In this document: piece after piece, positions 59,361 to 64,000 of the stretch
Layout of the letters: each line of letters opens with the position of its first letter
Numbering within the stretch: position 1 is the stretch's first letter
Assembly (NCBI GenBank): GCA_039593775.1
Contig: JBCNOP010000003.1
Coordinates: 19,521-83,520, forward strand
Length of the DNA stretch: 64,000 nt
DNA from: Pseudoduganella sp.
Lineage (GTDB): Bacteria; Pseudomonadota; Gammaproteobacteria; Burkholderiales; Burkholderiaceae_D
Reading direction: 5' to 3'
The notes under the pieces: generated by a model
What the model saw: only the letters and a program-made list of their open reading frames with translations
Told to the model about the DNA's origin: nothing
Databases searched by the model: none
Translations under genes and position numbers: made by a program

Positions 59361-61273
59361 ATGCTGCACCGGAGCTGATACTCCATAACGGCCGCTTCAC
59401 GACGCTGGACAAGAGCCAGCCCGAGGCCGCTGCGGTCGCCGTTTCCGGCGGCCGTTTTTCCCATGTCGGCGAGGCGCGCGAGATCCTGCCGCTGGCAGGA
59501 CCGCACACCCGCATCATCGACCTGCAAGGCCGGCGCGTGCTGCCCGGCCTGATCGACAACCACCTGCACCTGATCCGCGGTGGCCTGAACTTCAATATGG
59601 AATTGCGCTGGGACGGCGTGCGCTCGCTGGCCGATGCCATGGCCATGCTGCGCGCGCAAGTCGCGATCACCCCGGCGCCGCAATGGGTGCGCGTGGTGGG
59701 CGGCTTCACCGAGCACCAGTTCGTGGAAAAGCGCCTGCCGACCATCGAAGAACTGAACGCCGTGGCGCCCGACACGCCGGTGTTCATCCTGCACCTGTAC
59801 GACCGCGCGCTGCTGAACGGCGCCGCGCTGCGCGCCGTGGGCTACGACCGCGACACGCCGGAGCCGCCGGGCGGCCAGATCCTGCGCGACAGCGCGGGCA
59901 ATCCGACCGGGCTGCTGCTGGCAAAGCCGAATGCTTCGATCCTGTACGCCACGCTGGCCAAAGGTCCCAAGCTGCCGCCGGAATACCAGCTCAATTCGAC
60001 GCGCCACTTCATGCGCGAACTCAATCGCCTGGGCGTAACCGGCGCGCTGGACGCGGGCGGCGGCAACCAGAATTACCCCGAGGATTACCAGGTGATCCAG
60101 CAGCTGGCCGATGCCGGCGAGCTGACCATCCGCCTGGCGTACAACCTGTTCACGCAAAAGCCCAAGCAGGAGAAGGACGACTTCCTCAACTGGGCCGCCA
60201 GCAGCAAGTACCAGCAGGGCGACGACTACTTCCGCCACAACGGCGCCGGCGAAATGCTGACCTTCTCGGCCGCCGACTTCGAAGACTTCCGCCAGCCGCG
60301 TCCGGACATGCCGGCCAATATGGAAGACGACCTGGAAGGCGTGATCCGCATCCTGGTGCAGAACCGCTGGCCGTGGCGCATGCACGCGACCTACGACGAG
60401 ACCATCTCGCGCGCGCTGGACGTCTTCGAGAAGGTCAACCGCGACATGCCGCTCGATGGCCTGCACTGGTTCTTCGACCATGCGGAAACCATTTCGCCGC
60501 AGTCGATCGACCGCATTGCCGCGCTGGGCGGCGGCGTGGCGGTACAGCACCGCATGGCTTACCAGGGCGAGTATTTCGTCGAGCGCTACGGCGCGGCGGC
60601 GGCCGAGGCGACGCCGCCGGTAAAGTACCTGCTGGAGTCGGGCGTCAAGGTCTCGGCCGGCACGGACGCGACGCGCGTGGCGTCCTACAACCCGTGGGTT
60701 TCGCTGTCCTGGCTGACCACCGGGCGCACGGTGGGCGGTATGCGGCTTTACCCGCAGCGCAACCTGCTGGACCGCGAAGCGGCGCTGCGCATGTGGACCG
60801 AGAACGTCACCTGGTTCTCCAACGAGGAAGGCAAGAAGGGCCGCATCGCGGTCGGCCAGCTGGCGGACCTGATGGTGCCGGACCGCGATTTCCTGCGCTG
60901 CCCGGAGGACGAGATTGCCGATACCACCTCGCTGCTCACCGTGGTGGGCGGCAAGGTGGTGTACGGCGCCGGGCCGTTCGGCAGCTATGACCCGCCCATG
61001 CCGCCGGCGATGCCGGACTGGTCGCCGGTCAGCCGCTATGGCGGCTACGGCGCCTGGGGCGCGATGCCGGGCGCGCTGGCGACAGGCGCGGTCCACGGCG
61101 CCAGCGCTGGGCACGCGCGCACGGCTGCCATGGCGGCGGCGGCAGCCTGCGGCTGCTCCAGCAAGTGCGGCATGCACGGCCACCAGCACGCGACGGCGTG
61201 GACCCGTTCCCTGCCGATCGCGGACCTGAAGTCGTTCTGGGGCGCGCTGGGCTGCTCCTGCTGGGCGGTGTGA
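59357..61273 (+). CDS. Amidohydrolase_3 (YtcJ/NfdA-like) metal-dependent hydrolase with Cys/His-rich tail
   Basis: 'PGLIDNHLH', 'MHAT', 'DHAE', 'GTDA', 'GQLADL', 'TVVGGKVVY'. GGAGG RBS. Confidence 0.9.
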   Translation: MNAAPELILHNGRFTTLDKSQPEAAAVAVSGGRFSHVGEAREILPLAGPHTRIIDLQGRRVLPGLIDNHLHLIRGGLNFNMELRWDGVRSLADAMAMLRAQVAITPAPQWVRVVGGFTEHQFVEKRLPTIEELNAVAPDTPVFILHLYDRALLNGAALRAVGYDRDTPEPPGGQILRDSAGNPTGLLLAKPNASILYATLAKGPKLPPEYQLNSTRHFMRELNRLGVTGALDAGGGNQNYPEDYQVIQQLADAGELTIRLAYNLFTQKPKQEKDDFLNWAASSKYQQGDDYFRHNGAGEMLTFSAADFEDFRQPRPDMPANMEDDLEGVIRILVQNRWPWRMHATYDETISRALDVFEKVNRDMPLDGLHWFFDHAETISPQSIDRIAALGGGVAVQHRMAYQGEYFVERYGAAAAEATPPVKYLLESGVKVSAGTDATRVASYNPWVSLSWLTTGRTVGGMRLYPQRNLLDREAALRMWTENVTWFSNEEGKKGRIAVGQLADLMVPDRDFLRCPEDEIADTTSLLTVVGGKVVYGAGPFGSYDPPMPPAMPDWSPVSRYGGYGAWGAMPGALATGAVHGASAGHARTAAMAAAAACGCSSKCGMHGHQHATAWTRSLPIADLKSFWGALGCSCWAV

Positions 61274-61274
61274 C

Positions 61275-61739
61275 ATGGCGCCGCACATTCCCGGCGCCGC
61301 GCGCCTGCACACCAGCCAGGCCGGCGCGGGCATCCGTGCCCTGCGCTGGCTCACCCTGCTCCTGCTGTGCGCGGCCTACCTGCAGGGCGGCTTGAACAAG
61401 CTGCTGGACTTCGGCGGCGCCGTCGCCGAAATGCAGCATTTCGGGCTGCAGCCGGCAGCGCCGCTGGCAGCTGCCGTCATCATCGGTGAACTGGGCGCAG
61501 TGGCCATGGTGCTCTCGGGCCGCCTGCGCTGGCTGGGCGCGGCCTGGCTGGCGCTGTTCACGGTGGCGGCCAGCTTCATTGCCAACCGCTATTGGGAAAT
61601 GGCGGGCATGGAGCGCTTCGCTGCCGCCAACAGCTTCTACGAGCACCTGGGCCTGGCCGGCGGCTTCCTGCTGGTGGCCTGGCATGACCTCGCGGTGAAA
61701 CCGGGCAAGGAGGGCGCATGGCACGCGGAACGTCCCTGA
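61275..61739 (+). CDS. DoxX-family membrane protein
   Basis: 'YLQGGLNKL', 'GEL', 'FYEHLGLAGG'. Confidence 0.85.
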   Translation: MAPHIPGAARLHTSQAGAGIRALRWLTLLLLCAAYLQGGLNKLLDFGGAVAEMQHFGLQPAAPLAAAVIIGELGAVAMVLSGRLRWLGAAWLALFTVAASFIANRYWEMAGMERFAAANSFYEHLGLAGGFLLVAWHDLAVKPGKEGAWHAERP

Positions 61740-62365
61740 GTTTCCTGGCCGGGTATGTCGATACCCTGGGCTTCGTGGCCTTGCACGGGCTGTTCACGGC
61801 CCATGTGACGGGCAACTTCGTGCTGCTCGGGCGAGAGATCGTGGCGCCGGGCAATGACGTGCTGCTCAAGCTGCTGGCCTTCCCGGCTTTCGTGGCGGGC
61901 GTGGTCGCAGTGCGGGCCCTGGTGCGCCACTGCCAGGGCCGCGGCAGCGAAGCGCTGCGCCCGGCCCACCTGCTGCAGGCGGCGCTGATGCTGGCCGCTG
62001 CCGCCAGCGCGCGCTGGGACATGGCGGTCGGCCTGCTGTGCGCCGCAGCCATGGGCGCGCAGAACGGCTACGGCAAGCTGCTGCTGGCGAAACTGCCGGC
62101 CAGCACGGTCATGACCGGCAATGTGACGCAGCTGGTGATCGATTGCCTGGACCGCGTGGGCGGCGCCGAACGGCCGGCGCTGGCGGCGCTGGGCAGCGGC
62201 ATCCTGGCCTTTGCGGCGGGCTGCGTGATGGGTGCGCTGGCTTCGCGCTGGGGCATGGGCGTTGGCTTGCTGCCGGCGGTGGCGCTGCTGCTGGTTATGG
62301 CGGTGCAGGCCGGGCCGGACGAAGCCAAGCCCGAATCGAAGCCCGGATCTAAGCCTGCTTCATAG
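61718..62365 (+). CDS. YoaK/DUF1275-family membrane protein
   Basis: 'AGYVD', 'FTAHVTGN', 'AMGAQN', 'TVMTGN'. Confidence 0.88.
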   Translation: MARGTSLSFLAGYVDTLGFVALHGLFTAHVTGNFVLLGREIVAPGNDVLLKLLAFPAFVAGVVAVRALVRHCQGRGSEALRPAHLLQAALMLAAAASARWDMAVGLLCAAAMGAQNGYGKLLLAKLPASTVMTGNVTQLVIDCLDRVGGAERPALAALGSGILAFAAGCVMGALASRWGMGVGLLPAVALLLVMAVQAGPDEAKPESKPGSKPAS

Positions 62366-63007
62366 GACGATGATGCCGCGCTTTAAGGCAATGGTGACGG
62401 CGTGCGTGCGGTCGTTCGCATCGAGCTTGGCCAGGATGCTGCGCATGTGCGCCTTCACCGTTTCCTCGGAAATGCCAAGCTGGCTGGCGATGCGCTTGTT
62501 GGCATTGCCGGCCGCCGCGCAGCGCAGCACTTCGACTTCGCGCTCGCTGAGCAGGGAAGCGCCCAGGTGGCTGGCCAGCTGCTGCGCGATCTCCGGCGAG
62601 ATGTAGCGCTGGCCGCCGTGCACGGCACGGATCATGCCGACCAGTTCCTTGCGCAGGCTGCTTTTCAGCAGGAAGCCGCTGGCACCGGCTTCCAGCGCGC
62701 GCCGCACCTGGGCGTCGCCGCCGAAGGTGGTCAGCATCACGATGCGCGCCGCCGGGAACTGGGCACGGATGGACTGCAGCGCCTCGAGGCCGCACATGCC
62801 GGGCATGGCAAGGTCCATGATGGCCAGGTCCGGGCGCACGGCGGCCCAGGCGGCCACCGCCTCATAGCCGTCGCTGGCTTCGGCCACCACCTGCATGTCG
62901 GGCTGGCTGGCAATGGCATCGGCAAGGCCGGCGCGCAGCATGGGATGGTCGTCCACCAGCAGCACCCGGATTGGCGCGGCGGTGTCTGGAATGGTATCGG
63001 TGTTCAA
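62360..63007 (-). CDS. NarL/LuxR-family response regulator
   Basis: 'VLLVDDHP', 'IMDLAMP', 'LTT', 'LLK', HTH 'LSEREVEVL..GNANKRIA..ISEETVKAHM'. Start uncertain (TTG 63007). Confidence 0.93.
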   Translation of the reverse strand: MNTDTIPDTAAPIRVLLVDDHPMLRAGLADAIASQPDMQVVAEASDGYEAVAAWAAVRPDLAIMDLAMPGMCGLEALQSIRAQFPAARIVMLTTFGGDAQVRRALEAGASGFLLKSSLRKELVGMIRAVHGGQRYISPEIAQQLASHLGASLLSEREVEVLRCAAAGNANKRIASQLGISEETVKAHMRSILAKLDANDRTHAVTIALKRGIIVL

Positions 63008-63068
63008 GGTATAGCTCCGCGCAGGACTGCAACGGGGAACTATAGCAATGGAAGGCAGGTCTGGCAAT

Positions 63069-63095
63069 TTGCCGGGCGTACGGTACGCCCGGCAA
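63069..63095 (-). terminator. Perfect GC-rich hairpin after the CsgG-like gene (terminator or mRNA-stabilising stem)
   Basis: ttgccgggcgtac-g-gtacgcccggcaa; weak U tract. Confidence 0.5.
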
Positions 63096-63105
63096 GCCGG
63101 CGGGA

Positions 63106-63984
63106 TTACTTCTTCTTGGCTTTGGTTTTCGACGATTGGGTCTGTGACTGGGCTGCCACCGGCTGCTGCGAAGCCGGCGTGCTGCCGCCCTGCACGCCCA
63201 GCGCGCCACCGGTGCCCAGGCCGCCCGCTACTTCCTGCTGCTTGTAGTTGCGCACGGCGCGCACCACGTTGTTGTACGAATCCATGAAGGCTGCCACCAG
63301 GATCTTGCCTTCCGGAGTATTGGTGTAGCCGCCCGCGCCGCCGGCTGCGCCGCCGCCGAACATGGCGCCGAACATGCCGAAGTCGGTGTTCTTGGCGCTG
63401 CCTTCGGCCGCTGCCAGCTGCACGCCGGAGCGGTTGTCGATCATCAGCAGCATGGTCGACGCTTCATTGGTTTTCATATTACCGGCCACTACGCCAGCCA
63501 CGCTGCCGATCAGGCCAAAGCCGCCCAGCGCGCCGCCCACGCCCGAAGTGCCCTTCTGGCTGAAGGTGATGGTCGGGCTCATCGTGTAGTCGGCAGCAGC
63601 GATCTGGCCTTTGCCGTAGTTGCTGTTGGCGCGCATTTCGCCGGATTTTTCCAGCGCGCGTTCGCCCATCATGTGGTCCATGGCGGCGCCGCGTTCCACC
63701 ACCACGAAGCAGTTCGACTGCTGGATCATCATGCGCAGCACGGGGGTAGTGGAGCCCAGCTTGTACTGGCTCAATTGCTGGAACCACGGCATGCTGCGGT
63801 CTTCCACCACCGACAGGGTGCCCAGCGGACGGTCGCATTTTTCCAGCTGGGTGCTGGCATTGGCAGCGGTGGCGCCGCCGGCGCTGCCGGTGGCTACCGT
63901 ACTGCCGCCGCCGAGGGTTGGTTGGGTGCCGGCACAGCCAGCCAGTGCCAGGGCCGCCACGGCCGCAAACAGTTTGGTCTTCAT
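63106..63984 (-). CDS. CsgG/HfaB-family lipoprotein
   Basis: Lipobox 'LAGC'; 'QQSNCFVVVERG', 'AADY', Gly-rich segments. Confidence 0.8.
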   Translation of the reverse strand: MKTKLFAAVAALALAGCAGTQPTLGGGSTVATGSAGGATAANASTQLEKCDRPLGTLSVVEDRSMPWFQQLSQYKLGSTTPVLRMMIQQSNCFVVVERGAAMDHMMGERALEKSGEMRANSNYGKGQIAAADYTMSPTITFSQKGTSGVGGALGGFGLIGSVAGVVAGNMKTNEASTMLLMIDNRSGVQLAAAEGSAKNTDFGMFGAMFGGGAAGGAGGYTNTPEGKILVAAFMDSYNNVVRAVRNYKQQEVAGGLGTGGALGVQGGSTPASQQPVAAQSQTQSSKTKAKKK

Positions 63985-64000
63985 ACGTAGATCCCCTAGT

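Noticed and set aside
62327-62362. 3 x 12-bp degenerate repeat (KPES-KPGS-KPAS) at the end of the YoaK-like gene
   Set aside because: Low-complexity tail where convergent genes overlap; no evidence of function.
63106-63984. Curli secretion system
   Set aside because: Only a lone CsgG/HfaB-family gene is visible; no csgA/B/E/F in the window, although the upstream region is cut off.
1-64000. Prophage, IS, integron, tRNA or rRNA, including a phage origin for the gtrA-like gene
   Set aside because: No integrase, transposase, phage structural gene or structural RNA was recognised by eye.

Overview
High-GC betaproteobacterial chromosome segment; the gene style and a GGGGTCAGACCC-type REP suggest Oxalobacteraceae (inference). 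(1) 1-32 kb is a surface-polysaccharide locus. Its backbone is an ABC-transporter-dependent, rhamnose-based O-antigen system: two paralogous GT2s, rmlBDAC, galE, wzm, wzt with a C-terminal carbohydrate-binding domain, a methyltransferase-GT4-GT2-coiled-coil protein, a two-domain GT2 and galU. Two separate lipid-carrier side-chain modules are attached. Module A (1-10 kb) is a mycobacterial-type polyprenyl-phospho-pentofuranose pathway: HAD-UbiA fusion, DprE1-like and DprE2-like enzymes, two GT-C-like membrane proteins, a second FAD/NAD oxidoreductase pair and two flippase-like genes. Module B (12.8-19.2 kb) is an uncharacterised operon (GT2, FAD oxidoreductase, atypical SDR, TIM-barrel epimerase, SMR-type flippase, GT2-GT-C fusion). 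It has an A10 tract at the fusion joint and sits directly behind a truncated paralog of its own GT-C domain. (2) 32-49.8 kb is mixed: tandem alkaline phosphatases with a clear Pho box, a diguanylate cyclase, an ECF sigma/Tat ferritin-like/cytochrome c operon, an MCP, a FitAB/VapBC toxin-antitoxin pair, a PvdQ-like acylase, GST, a cyanophycinase-like peptidase, and CAP, SnoaL and TPR proteins. (3) 49.9-63 kb holds two tandem beta-propeller/Y_Y_Y sensor kinases and a NarL-type regulator bracketing an operon of unknown function (perhydrolase, catalase, YcaC, XapX-like, amidohydrolase, DoxX, YoaK), followed by a CsgG-family lipoprotein. I saw no rRNA, tRNA, CRISPR array, transposase or integrase. 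All calls are from motif recognition by eye; no database searches were run.
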